Positions 24,376-24,831 of a stretch of 24,831 bases of DNA are shown here, in pieces. The translations under genes were made by a program, and so were the position numbers. The stretch is from contig CAZLLX010000001.1 of the NCBI GenBank assembly GCA_964560805.1, positions 1 through 24,831 of the forward strand. Direction: 5' to 3'. This stretch comes from an uncultured Candidatus Saccharibacteria bacterium (GTDB lineage Bacteria; Patescibacteriota; Minisyncoccia; Phycocordibacterales; GWA1-40-21). The stretch's first letter is position 1. Each line of letters opens with the position of its first letter. The notes below the pieces were generated by a model that did no database searches, was not told the origin of the DNA, and saw only the letters and a program-made list of their open reading frames with translations.

Positions 24376-24457
24376 AAACTTTCCTTTCTGGTGGCCTCGC
24401 CACCGGTTTGTGCTGTTTCTATCTTATCTTTTCAAAAATATTGAGAAAAGTCAAAAA

Positions 24458-24831
24458 TTACTTTAAAACTTCAGTTAGTAATTCAGGAAATTCTCTGCGG
24501 CCCATACCTTTTAATGTAAAATGGCCCATATTATCAAACAACTTAACTTTGGCTTGTGGTAAGTTTTTTGAAATTAAATTCACACTATCTTGTATTTCGT
24601 CAAAATCGTCCTTTGAATTAAAAATTACTATTTCGCCTACCTTGCCACCTAAATCAAATTCAAAATTAAAAAAGTCTCCGATTTCTTTTTTAGGATCAAG
24701 CCAAGGGGCGACCAAAATCAATTTATTGATCTTGATATTGTTTTTGGACAAAAATCTAAGCCAAAAACCGGCACCACAACTGTGACCAATTAAAATTGAC
24801 TCTTCATTTATTTTAAATTGAGAAATAGTTT
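24458..24831 (-). CDS. RBBP9/YdeN family serine hydrolase, 5'-truncated by the window edge
   Basis: Frame is open from the window end: ...SILIGHSCGAGFWLRFLS...LVAPW...SKDD...MGHF. Confidence 0.85.
   Translation of the reverse strand, partial: TISQFKINEESILIGHSCGAGFWLRFLSKNNIKINKLILVAPWLDPKKEIGDFFNFEFDLGGKVGEIVIFNSKDDFDEIQDSVNLISKNLPQAKVKLFDNMGHFTLKGMGRREFPELLTEVLK

Noticed and set aside
46-24785. Overlapping or antisense ORFs in the track (46-279, 2532-2786, 3247-3489, 3266-3457, 3937-4119, 5559-5750, 5863-6114, 5894-6226, 7079-7303, 8501-8785, 10217-10423, 11026-11442, 11445-11645, 12137-12337, 12572-12772, 12882-13076, 14303-14740 set, 15249-15467, 16103-16306, 16878-17063, 17600-17839, 24093-24275, 24408-24785)
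   Set aside because: Shadow frames of well-supported genes, with no motifs or initiation signals.
1-24831. CRISPR array, IS element, prophage, intein, alternative genetic code
   Set aside because: No regularly spaced repeats or mobility genes. DnaB is of normal length. Genes are full length under code 11, with TGA used as stop (dinB).

Overview
Compact, AT-rich (mid-30s % GC by eye) bacterial chromosome segment. Gene content and style suggest Patescibacteria/CPR, probably Parcubacteria (inference). It carries translation, replication and repair genes (rpmA, rplI, rplU, cysS, DEAD-box helicase, ABC-F, dnaB, recR, rmuC, pyrG, YqeY, tRNA-Glu(CUC), DinB-like polymerase) and many cell-envelope genes (M23 peptidase, SLT-like lysozyme, S41 protease, GlmU N-terminal half, PG-binding repeat protein, VanY-like carboxypeptidase, PHB-depolymerase-type esterase). 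No CRISPR, transposase, integrase or phage genes are visible. Best signals: (1) an ECF sigma/putative anti-sigma/secreted coiled-coil module with a 30-bp ECF-type promoter motif present twice (24/30 identical), once before the sigma gene and once inside the anti-sigma coding sequence; (2) a perfect GAAC-N4-GTTC LexA-type palindrome filling the spacer of the dinB promoter; (3) three ~50% GC, SD-bearing mini-gene cassettes in an otherwise largely SD-less, short-leader genome; (4) a probable 1-nt frameshift in the VanY-like gene; (5) a CysRS without its C-terminal anticodon-binding domain; (6) a perfect 18-bp palindrome in the tRNA-Glu promoter. All family assignments come from motif recognition, not database searches.
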